Made by a program: the position numbers and the translations under genes
The notes under the pieces: model-generated
The model's database searches: none
What the model was told of the DNA's origin: nothing
What the model saw: the letters and a program-made list of their open reading frames with translations, nothing else
Source: an uncultured Bacteroidales bacterium
GTDB lineage: Bacteria; Bacteroidota; Bacteroidia; Bacteroidales; UBA10428
Direction: 5' to 3'
Assembly: GCA_964392505.1 (NCBI GenBank)
Contig: CAYMQP010000003.1
Location: forward strand, 1-49,171
Length of the DNA: 49,171 nt
Part shown: positions 26,723 through 35,826 of the stretch, piece by piece
Position numbering within the stretch: position 1 is the first letter of the stretch
Layout of the letters: every line of letters starts with the position of its first letter

Positions 26723-29700
26723 ATGTCAGGCGATTATTCACGTAAAACGTTCGATAATAAGAAACATTACAGTACTGTTCAACAACAACAGGGACGGGCA
26801 TTACTCGATTCAGATTGGAATGAATATTCTGATATTTTAAAATACAGGAGTCAGACCACAATTCAGGATATAATAGGTCCATCAGGTGTTCCAAAGGATG
26901 AAAATGGTTTTCAAATCAGTATTTCTCCCAATGGTAATGATTTAAACATCACACCTGGTGAAATTTATATAGAAGGCATTTTATGTGAACTGGATGAAAA
27001 TACATTACCAGTTTCTTATTTAAAGCAACCTCATTACCCCAATCCTGATATATCTTACTTTATTACAAGTCCATTGATAAGCCCGCCGGCAAGTCCCCCA
27101 TTAAGTCCACCTTCAAGCCCGCCGGCAAACTATTCATCAATAAATATAAAAGATGGGATATTTATTATATATCTTGACGCCTGGGAAAGAGAAATCAATT
27201 ATCTGGATGATAAATTAATAAAAGAAATTGCTCTGGGTGATGCCGATTCGACTACAAGATTGCAGGTAGTATGGCAGATCAAATTATTGGAGGTAACACC
27301 GATTCAGGGATTAGAGTCAATATGTGAAGGTCAATATATTGAATGGATTGAAAAAACAACTCCTCCTACCGGAAAATTAAATGCACGAACTGTTGAGGAT
27401 CAAAATCAGGAAGGACCATGTATAATTCCCCCAACCACAGGTTATCGCAGACTTGAAAACCAACTATACAGAATTGAGATACACAAAGGAGGAACCAGAG
27501 ATCATGCAACTATTAAATGGTCGCGCGACAATGCTTCCGTGCAGACCAAGATTATTAAAATTGACGGAACAATAATTAGCGTAGCTGATTTGGGTAAAGA
27601 TGAAGTTCTGGGATTTGCAGCTGATCAATGGGTGGAAATAATTGATGAAGAAGCCGCATTAAATTGCTCATCAAATTCTTTATTTCAAATTGATAAAATC
27701 ACACCGAAAACAAACGAAATCACATTAAAAAGTTCTGCGGATTCATTTAAGAATAAGAAAAATCTTAAACTCTGCCGGTGGGACCAGTCAGGAATATTAG
27801 CCACAGCCGACGGAATGACTATGAAAACAACCTGGATGAAAATTGAAGATGGAATTGAAGTGTGTTTTAGCGATGGTAATTATTGTGACGGTGATTATTG
27901 GCTGATACCTGCTCGTACTGCAACCGGTGAAATAGAATGGCCCCCTTATAAAATTCCAAATCTTAATCCCGAAGAACAATTGCCATCAGGAATCAAACAT
28001 CATTTTTGTAAACTGGCAATACTGGAAGTTCAAAACGGGCAGGGCAAGCTAACCGATTGCCGTATGATTTTTCCGGAATTAACAAATCTTACAGCAGAAG
28101 ATATCAAATATGATCATAGCTACTGCAACATCAACAAAGCCGATAATGTACAGGAAGCTATTGACATGCTGTGCGCTTTAAATGACATGCGCGATCATAA
28201 TAAATTTATTCATGGTTATGGAGTGGTTTGTGGAATGAAGGTAATTTGCGGTGGAATTCGTACCGATGTAATGGTGGAAAAAGGTTATGCACTTGATTGT
28301 GAAGGAAATGTTATCCAGGTTAAATCTCAAAATGAAGTGCCTTATAATATTGTAGCCCAGGCTGCTGCCGCAAATCTTCTCGATAATAATGGAGATGGTG
28401 AAGTAGCTTTATATATAACAGGATGTACTTCAACCGGCCCTGATTTGTTGATAGAAGAATTTATTAAAAAAGATTTTTGGGATGAGGTACTTGAGGGCAC
28501 TTTATTGAAAAACTTTTACGACGGATGTATAAAAAATCTTTTTGACTTCCTAAAAAGAAATTTTCCAATAAATTTTTCCGATACTGTTCCGGTTCCTCTT
28601 TCTCAAAGAAGATTTACTGCTCTGACTAACCTGTTATTTCAATTTGTAATGTCTGCCAGCGGACCATATGCTTTTATGTCAGGGATTAACGTTCAGAATC
28701 GTGATACCGATATTGATTGCAGCGATGAAGAAGAGATAGGAAAATATGAAGATCATATCTTATGGTGTTTGTATAAAGAATTAAAGGTTCTGCTAAATAG
28801 TCAAACATTTTGTGGTATGTTCGATGGTGATGCTCTGTTTCCTTCTTATGAAATATCCGAAGGGCTGGATACGATTTTTGGACCGGTATTTCGCCTGCAT
28901 CATAAATTTAAACTCAATCCAAAAGGAAGTTACGGATATACTAGTGGTTTAGATAATAAAATATACGTTTACAATCTCGATAACAAAGAATTTATTCAGG
29001 CAGTGGTATTTCCTGCCAGCGCAAAAATATTAGTACAGGATTTTGTAATAAACTCAGCTGGTACTGAATTATATGCACTTGGTTTATTGGATGATAGGGA
29101 TTCGGTTTTTGCCAAGGCAGAAATTGATACAGATGGAAAATTAACCTGGGAAAATTCTTCGGTAAGATGTGGAGAAAGGTACAAAAGCTTGGCTATTAGT
29201 CCTTCAGACAGAATTTATACTATTCAGATTGCAACCGGTTTATATGAAGTTACCAATATAGGGCTTCCATCTTTCTCACTAACACAACAAAGAGCATTTA
29301 ATGCTACCGGAAAGCTTATTATTTCGGAAGATGGTGCCTATGCATTCGCGGCAGAATATCAAACAAATAATAACGAATCAGCTGCATTTACCCATATCAC
29401 GCGGTTTGATTTAGCTAATAATGCTATTCCTCCAGATTCATATCATTACCTGGGTTATGATTTTAGCGACGACATTGCTCATGTTGACGATATTATATAT
29501 ATCACAGGTTATGTACAGGCTAATCCCGGACAAAGGGTTCTCGGAGGATATGATTTAACTACCGGTAATCCTGCTTTTCCAACCATTGATTTGGAAAATA
29601 GCTGGTTGATACGATTGGCTCCATTCACCGATATAAACGGCGATGAATTAATGCTCGTTTCCCTGGCAGATAAATTTAAAATTATAACAGTTGAATTAAA

Positions 29701-30187
29701 TACCTACACACGGGTCAATAATTTCCGGATACCGACACAAATCTTCCCAATGGATATGGTTGTTGATCAAGATAATCAAATAGCATTTGTTATCAATATT
29801 CTTGTTAATACCCTTACACAAATAGATCTTAGTGCAGCCTTCGATGTTGTTAATCCGCCAAACTTTGCTAATGATCCTCCAAACATGATAGCAACATACC
29901 GGGATGGAGTAATAGATGCCTTTAAAGATTTACTCAGTCACTTCCTGCAATATCTTAAAGATTGTTTCAGTGATAAATTTTTGGTAGATTGTCCCGAGTG
30001 TGCCGAAAATGATAAGGTATACCTCGCAAGTATAGAGATAAAAAACAATAAAGTATACAATATCAATAATTTCAGCAAACGAAAATATGTGAAAACTCCG
30101 GAATTATGGGAGTACTGGTTGTCAACAATCCCAATACTGCCAATTTTTAAAGAAAAATTTAAGGAATTTTGCGGAAAAATACTATAA
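26723..30187 (+). CDS. Large (1154 aa) eCIS-associated protein, DUF6519-like N-terminus, probable beta-propeller-like region; candidate target-recognition component
   Basis: The N-terminus SGDYSRKTFDNKKHYSTVQQQQGRALLDSDWNE resembles what I recall of DUF6519 starts. NKIYVYNLDNKEFIQAVVFPASAKILVQDFVINSAGTELYALG looks like a YVTN-type propeller blade. There is a 245-nt gap upstream. Confidence 0.5.
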   Translation: MSGDYSRKTFDNKKHYSTVQQQQGRALLDSDWNEYSDILKYRSQTTIQDIIGPSGVPKDENGFQISISPNGNDLNITPGEIYIEGILCELDENTLPVSYLKQPHYPNPDISYFITSPLISPPASPPLSPPSSPPANYSSINIKDGIFIIYLDAWEREINYLDDKLIKEIALGDADSTTRLQVVWQIKLLEVTPIQGLESICEGQYIEWIEKTTPPTGKLNARTVEDQNQEGPCIIPPTTGYRRLENQLYRIEIHKGGTRDHATIKWSRDNASVQTKIIKIDGTIISVADLGKDEVLGFAADQWVEIIDEEAALNCSSNSLFQIDKITPKTNEITLKSSADSFKNKKNLKLCRWDQSGILATADGMTMKTTWMKIEDGIEVCFSDGNYCDGDYWLIPARTATGEIEWPPYKIPNLNPEEQLPSGIKHHFCKLAILEVQNGQGKLTDCRMIFPELTNLTAEDIKYDHSYCNINKADNVQEAIDMLCALNDMRDHNKFIHGYGVVCGMKVICGGIRTDVMVEKGYALDCEGNVIQVKSQNEVPYNIVAQAAAANLLDNNGDGEVALYITGCTSTGPDLLIEEFIKKDFWDEVLEGTLLKNFYDGCIKNLFDFLKRNFPINFSDTVPVPLSQRRFTALTNLLFQFVMSASGPYAFMSGINVQNRDTDIDCSDEEEIGKYEDHILWCLYKELKVLLNSQTFCGMFDGDALFPSYEISEGLDTIFGPVFRLHHKFKLNPKGSYGYTSGLDNKIYVYNLDNKEFIQAVVFPASAKILVQDFVINSAGTELYALGLLDDRDSVFAKAEIDTDGKLTWENSSVRCGERYKSLAISPSDRIYTIQIATGLYEVTNIGLPSFSLTQQRAFNATGKLIISEDGAYAFAAEYQTNNNESAAFTHITRFDLANNAIPPDSYHYLGYDFSDDIAHVDDIIYITGYVQANPGQRVLGGYDLTTGNPAFPTIDLENSWLIRLAPFTDINGDELMLVSLADKFKIITVELNTYTRVNNFRIPTQIFPMDMVVDQDNQIAFVINILVNTLTQIDLSAAFDVVNPPNFANDPPNMIATYRDGVIDAFKDLLSHFLQYLKDCFSDKFLVDCPECAENDKVYLASIEIKNNKVYNINNFSKRKYVKTPELWEYWLSTIPILPIFKEKFKEFCGKIL

Positions 30188-30237
30188 TAAGAATTTATTC
30201 AAATAATTATAAATTTATATTACAAATAATTTAAACT

Positions 30238-31236
30238 ATGAATTACCCTCAATTTAATATATCAGGTCGTGTAATTAACTCAAAAACAGAAGAAGGTATT
30301 TATAACCTCAGAGTTGAAGCATGGGATAAAGATGCGAAATATAATGACCTTGTTGGTGTTGTTCAAACCGGCAGGGATGGCAGATTTGAAATTTCTTTTG
30401 ATTTATCGTATTTCAGGGAATATTACCCGGATAATGCTCCAGATCTTTTTTTCAAAGTTTTTAAAAGCAAGAAGTTGCTAAAAAGTACTGAAGATTCAGT
30501 GATCTGGAATGCAGGGCAGAAAACTGATGTAACCATACGTATTGAAATAACCGAAGAACAAAGAGAAGGAAAAGATTATATCAGCAGTGAGCACATTTTT
30601 AAATATGCAAATTTCTTTGTGAAATCTGATTTTAAAGGCATCTACAAACAAACAAAAGCTAAAGCCTTTAGATCTGCTACTTTTGCTAAAGATATGTTTA
30701 AGAATACACTGAACAACTTGAACATAGAACCAATAAGTGTTGAAGGACCAAGAATTGATGAAATTGTTAACCAGGATTTAAATGTTGCCCAAAATAATTT
30801 GGAAGCAAGACAGATAACAGTGAACGAAGTAAAGGAATATAATCCTGAAATCAATAAAAATTCACTAAGGGACATAACTTCTCTCCCTCTTAATCTTAAA
30901 GCAGGACAAAAAGTGAATTTATACCAGGAAAACGGAAAAGTGCGATATTATTCAGTTATAAAAACTGAAAAAATATCAGATACTAATATGGCCGATCAGG
31001 TAATAGACCAACAGAAAGAAATAGGAAACCTGCGTGAAGAAATAAAACAAGCCAGGATCAAAGAAGAAAAAAAGGATGAAGAAATCCTGCAACTTCAAAA
31101 AACGGTAAAATCCCTTCAAAAAGAACAATCAGAAATTAAACAAATAATACAGAAAAATCCTGATATCAAACTTACCGATACAAATAATATTCCGGTTTCT
31201 AAAAAAACAAGGAAAAAGCCTAGTACGGAAAAATAA
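30238..31236 (+). CDS. Transthyretin/carboxypeptidase-regulatory-like N-terminal domain plus C-terminal coiled coil; function unknown
   Basis: ISGRVINSKTEEGIYNLRVEAWDKDAKYNDLVGVVQTGRDGRFEISF is a CarboxypepD_reg-like pattern. The C-terminus QQKEIGNLREEIKQARIKEEKKDEEILQLQKTVKSLQKEQSEIKQ has a heptad-like charge pattern. Confidence 0.5.
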   Translation: MNYPQFNISGRVINSKTEEGIYNLRVEAWDKDAKYNDLVGVVQTGRDGRFEISFDLSYFREYYPDNAPDLFFKVFKSKKLLKSTEDSVIWNAGQKTDVTIRIEITEEQREGKDYISSEHIFKYANFFVKSDFKGIYKQTKAKAFRSATFAKDMFKNTLNNLNIEPISVEGPRIDEIVNQDLNVAQNNLEARQITVNEVKEYNPEINKNSLRDITSLPLNLKAGQKVNLYQENGKVRYYSVIKTEKISDTNMADQVIDQQKEIGNLREEIKQARIKEEKKDEEILQLQKTVKSLQKEQSEIKQIIQKNPDIKLTDTNNIPVSKKTRKKPSTEK

Positions 31237-31286
31237 AGAATTTTGAAAAGGTAAGTTTTTCGGAAGAAGAAAATCACACAGATAAC

Positions 31287-31324
31287 GTCAGGTATGTTTT
31301 CTCAAAAGAGAAAATGATGCTGAC
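31287..31324 (+). terminator. Composite stem-loop after the last eCIS-linked gene
   Basis: Outer GTCAG/CTGAC (31287-91 with 31320-24) and inner TTTTCTC-aaaa-GAGAAAA (31297-31314). No U-tract follows. Confidence 0.3.
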
Positions 31325-31427
31325 AATGTCAGGAAATGATTGAAGACATTTGATCACTTAAATAATCAACAACATATATTTACAGACTGCTAAAAAGTTT
31401 TCCATATAAAATTAGTGTATATTGAGC

Positions 31428-33656
31428 ATGCAAGAACTACCCTTAGTTTCATGTATTATGCCAACTTATAACCGGCGTGAGTTTATCCCTCACGCCATTC
31501 GTTATTTTATACGTCAGGATTATCCCAATAAAGAATTAATAATTATTGATGACGGCACTGATCCTGTTGATGACCTTATCCCGGAAAACTATGATATAAG
31601 TTATTACCGACTGGATCAAAAAATAACACTAGGTGAAAAACTGAACCTGGCATGTGAATATGCTTCAGGTCCAATAATTGCTCACTGGGATGATGATGAC
31701 TGGTATGCCCCATGGAGATTAACCTATCAGATAAATGAATTGCTTAAAAACCAGACTTCTATTTGTGGTATTAATAACCTGTTATACCTGGATATCCGAA
31801 GTAAAACGGGTTATAATTATATTTATCCATCCAATCAGAGAACATGGCTCCTGGGAAGTTCTCTTTGCTATAAAAAGGATTTTTGGAAGACTCATCATTT
31901 TGCTCATATTAATGTTGGAATGGACGGATTATTTGTCTGGAGCACAACTTCTGAACATATTACTGTTCTCCCCGATCCCACTTTTTCAGTTCATATTATA
32001 CATAATGATAATATAAGCCCGAAAATCACATCGGGAACTTGGTGGCATCCTTGCCCGGTTGAAAAAATAAAAGGATTATTAAATGATGATTGGAAATATT
32101 ATCAAAATGGAAAAATTATTTCGAATATTGATATAAAAGCTCCGATTGTTAATTTCAAATCTTCATACAGTTATAAGAAAGAAAATACAAGGCAATTAAA
32201 AAATATATTTGCTTGTCTGGTACATGAAAATGAAGATTGTGTTATCGACTTGGTACGAAATCTCCACTATCACGACCCTACATCTGTGATCATTCTTTAC
32301 AATGGAAGTGAAATCCAAAATTTAATTCAGAAAGATTTTCCTTATGAAAAATTTAATACCCGGATCCATCCGTCCCCTACGCCTCAAAAACATGGGTATC
32401 TGCATAACTTCGCTTTGGAGTGCATGGAATATGCCCTTGAAAACATCCTATTCGATACTCTAACGATAGTCGATTCTGATCAATTGGCTATTCGATCAGG
32501 ATATACTGAATTTTTAAGTAATTACTTTGCTGAAACATACAATGTTGGAATGCTTTCCTGTAATCCCGAACGAATCCTTCAAAATAATAAAATCAATCAT
32601 GTAGCAGCTCAGGCATTTAAAGAATATAATCTTTGGATTCCCTTACTAAAGCAATTCCCTGACGGTGAAAATAAATTTGTGCATTGGACCTTCTGGCCAT
32701 CAACAGTCTTTACTTTTAATGCCGCTAAGGATCTCGTGAATTTGTTCAAAAAAAATAAGACTCTTAAAGAAATTATGAGAATCACGAAAATCTGGGCCAC
32801 GGAAGAGGTAATACTTCCCACACTGGTAAGACTTTTGGGGTATGATATTAAAGAAAATCCTTGTAGCTTTAATTATGTCAAGTACAGAAAACAGTTTACT
32901 AAACAAGATATCGAAAATGCTTATACTATTGATGAGGTATTTTGGGTGCATCCTGTTGCACGGGAGTATGAAAATGAAAACAGACAGTTAATACGAGAAA
33001 GATGCAACGGGTATATAAAAAATGGCAAAGAAGTAAATTGGGAGAAAATACAGTCTACCTTTTTAATTTACAAAACCGATTTGATCAATAAAATTAGAAA
33101 AATCCCAGGGTGGTTAAGTGATAAGGAAGCTGAATTACTTATCGAAACAACTTTGATGAGCCTCCACCGATGCCCACAATATAATAATATCGTGGAAATC
33201 GGTAGTTACTATGGGAAATCCACTATCATCTTCGGGACTGTATTGAAAAAAAGCCAGATTCCCGGAAAAGTATACGCAATAGACCTCCATGATGGAAAAC
33301 TTGGCGCTGTAGATCAGGGATTAAAAACTTATCCTCCTTCTCTGGCTGGATTTAAAAAAAATATAATAGACACAAAACTGGGAGAGTTTATCGAAATAAT
33401 TATAGATAAAGCAACCAATGTAAAATGGAAAAATCCCGTATCATTACTATTTATAGATGGTCTTCATGATTATCCGAATGTCGTTGCAGATTTTAATCAC
33501 TTCGACGGCTTTTTAATCCCTGATAGCTATATTGCTTTCCATGATTATGCAGATTACTTTCCTGGTGTTAAAAAATGGGTGAATGAATTGTTAAGTACCG
33601 GCTTTTACAAAAAAATCGGGCAAATGGATAGTTTAATAGTCATTAAAAAAAAATAA
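31428..33656 (+). CDS. Multidomain glycosyltransferase family 2 / unknown central domain / class I SAM-methyltransferase fusion
   Basis: The N-terminus PLVSCIMPTYNRREFIPHAIRYFIRQDYPNKELIIIDDGTD and the DDDD stretch in HWDDDDWY are GT2 features. The C-terminus IVEIGSYYGKSTIIFG...LLFIDGLHDYPNV is Methyltransf_24-like. The ATG at 31428 is preferred over the TTG at 31422. No signal peptide. Confidence 0.75.
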   Translation: MQELPLVSCIMPTYNRREFIPHAIRYFIRQDYPNKELIIIDDGTDPVDDLIPENYDISYYRLDQKITLGEKLNLACEYASGPIIAHWDDDDWYAPWRLTYQINELLKNQTSICGINNLLYLDIRSKTGYNYIYPSNQRTWLLGSSLCYKKDFWKTHHFAHINVGMDGLFVWSTTSEHITVLPDPTFSVHIIHNDNISPKITSGTWWHPCPVEKIKGLLNDDWKYYQNGKIISNIDIKAPIVNFKSSYSYKKENTRQLKNIFACLVHENEDCVIDLVRNLHYHDPTSVIILYNGSEIQNLIQKDFPYEKFNTRIHPSPTPQKHGYLHNFALECMEYALENILFDTLTIVDSDQLAIRSGYTEFLSNYFAETYNVGMLSCNPERILQNNKINHVAAQAFKEYNLWIPLLKQFPDGENKFVHWTFWPSTVFTFNAAKDLVNLFKKNKTLKEIMRITKIWATEEVILPTLVRLLGYDIKENPCSFNYVKYRKQFTKQDIENAYTIDEVFWVHPVAREYENENRQLIRERCNGYIKNGKEVNWEKIQSTFLIYKTDLINKIRKIPGWLSDKEAELLIETTLMSLHRCPQYNNIVEIGSYYGKSTIIFGTVLKKSQIPGKVYAIDLHDGKLGAVDQGLKTYPPSLAGFKKNIIDTKLGEFIEIIIDKATNVKWKNPVSLLFIDGLHDYPNVVADFNHFDGFLIPDSYIAFHDYADYFPGVKKWVNELLSTGFYKKIGQMDSLIVIKKK

Positions 33657-33731
33657 GCCGATTCGAATTAATGCTATGTACAAATTCAACGCACCTAACG
33701 CACCTGTAATGGTTTTGATAATTCAAATATA

Positions 33732-34331
33732 ATGAAGCATAAAGATGAAAACAAAAATCAAAAAGAAAACAAAATTCTTGAAAAAGTCATAAGAATAGGG
33801 CTTTCTTTTGTTATCATTAGTATTGTGATCTTATATATATGGGCAATTATCTTTGGGAAGATTCAGGACGACAATAAACTGAAAATTACTGATTTGGCAA
33901 CTATTGTTCTTGCATCAATAATCATTCTTATGATACTATACCCGGAATTTACGGACAAGATAAAAACATTTTCATTTGGAAGTTTAAAATTTGAATTGAA
34001 GGAGGTAAGAAAGAAACAGGCTGAACAGGAAAGTAAACTGGACGATATTACCCTGATATTGCCATTGTTGTTACCAAAATCTAAACAAGAGCTACTTATC
34101 AATTTAGCGGACCATAAAACGGAAAATTACAAATGGGATCATTCAATAAGATCAGACCTGAGAGAACTACGAAACACCAAGTTGATAAAATCTTTGCCAG
34201 GAACCCAAATTGGTGAACTTAGAGAAAACCCCCAAAAGGATATTTATACATTAATAGCCTTGACTGATCTGGGAGCACAATGGGTTAAAAGAATTAAAGA
34301 GATTAATCAACCTGAAGTAACTAATATATAA
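33732..34331 (+). CDS. Membrane protein, unknown function (two N-terminal TM helices)
   Basis: VIRIGLSFVIISIVILYIWAIIFG and LATIVLASIIILMILYPEF are hydrophobic segments. The soluble C-terminal half carries no recognisable motif. Confidence 0.5.
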   Translation: MKHKDENKNQKENKILEKVIRIGLSFVIISIVILYIWAIIFGKIQDDNKLKITDLATIVLASIIILMILYPEFTDKIKTFSFGSLKFELKEVRKKQAEQESKLDDITLILPLLLPKSKQELLINLADHKTENYKWDHSIRSDLRELRNTKLIKSLPGTQIGELRENPQKDIYTLIALTDLGAQWVKRIKEINQPEVTNI

Positions 34332-34572
34332 CAAATAAAATGCCGGATAATATTTATGAACCAAATGGAACAGAATCTTGAAGGGAAGAAATAGGCTGAT
34401 ACCGGCTGGGAAACAATATTAAAGATTTTCAGTCATATTATATTCATAATACTCATTTTTTTAAAATCATTGAAACGATTTATAAGCGCATATAATTTTT
34501 AATCTCACAAGTATTTAAATCAGATTAACTAATGTTTTGTTATAAACGTCAGTTTTAATATTGAATTAAGTT

Positions 34573-35826
34573 ATGTCACGAACAGACCTAATCAATTACC
34601 TGATTTGGTTACGAAATTTCAATAACTACCTTGAAATCAGTATTCACGATGAACAAATTAATTTTACTACTGTTAAGTGTCATAACAAGCTGATCGTTAA
34701 TGGATATCAATCCAACCAATTTTTTAAAAAAAACAACAAGCAGTTCGATATTGTTTTTATTGATGGCGTTCACACTGAAGAACAGGCATTAAAGGATATT
34801 AAACATGGATTATTTTGTTTAACCAAAGAAGGGATAATCGTTATCCATGATTGTTTACCTCCCGATGAATGGCATCAAAGGGAACTTGAAAAATATAATG
34901 CGGGAGAAAATTGGAATGGTACTGTTTGGAAAGCCGCATTAAGAGTTTTTAATGATTCGAGGTTTCATTGTGTCCTGCTAGATACTGACTGGGGATGTGG
35001 GATAATTGATACCTCTAAAACGAGTAAATCGCTATCGATAAAACTCCCTCAAAAACTGAATTACAAATTACATTTCTCTTATTTGCTTAAATACAAAAAA
35101 TCTGTTCCCACTTACCTTCGAGATAATTTAAAGGTATTTTACCATCTCGCATGTATGGGTAATTGGATGGATATATATCAGGAACAAATAACACATCTTA
35201 AATCAAATGGATTTCAGAAAATCAGTTTGACAATACTGGGTAATAAGAAAGATATTTTCATTGCAAATGATCTACTTAAGGAACTGGATTTTCAATATAA
35301 TGTTCTGTTTACTGCACCAGAGCTTACTCATTTTGAAAAACCAGCATTAATGGCCATTGAAAATTATGCAAAGCAAAACAATGGCTATGTATTGTATCTT
35401 CATAGTAAGGGTGTGAGTGCTCCTTCAAACGATATAAAGACAAAATGGCGACGTCTAATGATGAGGGAACTGGTGGAAAACTGGGAGAGGTGCGTAATGC
35501 AATTACTGAACTATGATGTTATTGGAGTAAATTGGAGAGATATGGATGACGCTTCACATTATAGCGGTAATTTCTGGTTTGCATCAACAAGTTATATTAG
35601 ACAACTTGAAGACTTTAATCATTATTATGAAAATCCAAGATATAAAATCTGGGATGCTGTTAATGACAAACGACTAGGCTGTGAATTTTGGATTGGCTCA
35701 GGCAGTAAAAAGCCACGATTGCTATCACTTTACTGTAGAAATGTAGATTTCTGTAATCAGAATTACTGGAGAAATAAGGATATTCGATTAAACATAAGTA
35801 CCAAGATGCCATGTTTGATGACCTGA
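34573..35826 (+). CDS. Class I methyltransferase-like N-terminal domain fused to an uncharacterised (possibly sugar-transferase) C-terminal domain
   Basis: FDIVFIDGVHTEEQALKDIKHGLFCLTKEGIIVIHDCLP is Methyltransf_24-like. The C-terminal LYLHSKGVS...KWRRLMMRELVENW...HYSGNFWFASTSYIRQL is unassigned. Confidence 0.6.
   Translation: MSRTDLINYLIWLRNFNNYLEISIHDEQINFTTVKCHNKLIVNGYQSNQFFKKNNKQFDIVFIDGVHTEEQALKDIKHGLFCLTKEGIIVIHDCLPPDEWHQRELEKYNAGENWNGTVWKAALRVFNDSRFHCVLLDTDWGCGIIDTSKTSKSLSIKLPQKLNYKLHFSYLLKYKKSVPTYLRDNLKVFYHLACMGNWMDIYQEQITHLKSNGFQKISLTILGNKKDIFIANDLLKELDFQYNVLFTAPELTHFEKPALMAIENYAKQNNGYVLYLHSKGVSAPSNDIKTKWRRLMMRELVENWERCVMQLLNYDVIGVNWRDMDDASHYSGNFWFASTSYIRQLEDFNHYYENPRYKIWDAVNDKRLGCEFWIGSGSKKPRLLSLYCRNVDFCNQNYWRNKDIRLNISTKMPCLMT

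Noticed and set aside
31735-32951. Alternative-frame and antisense ORFs inside the GT2-methyltransferase fusion gene (31735-32016 plus strand, 32609-32821 and 32700-32951 minus strand)
   Set aside because: They are embedded in a CDS with clear GT2 and methyltransferase motifs, and their products are low-complexity Ile/Leu/Phe-rich.
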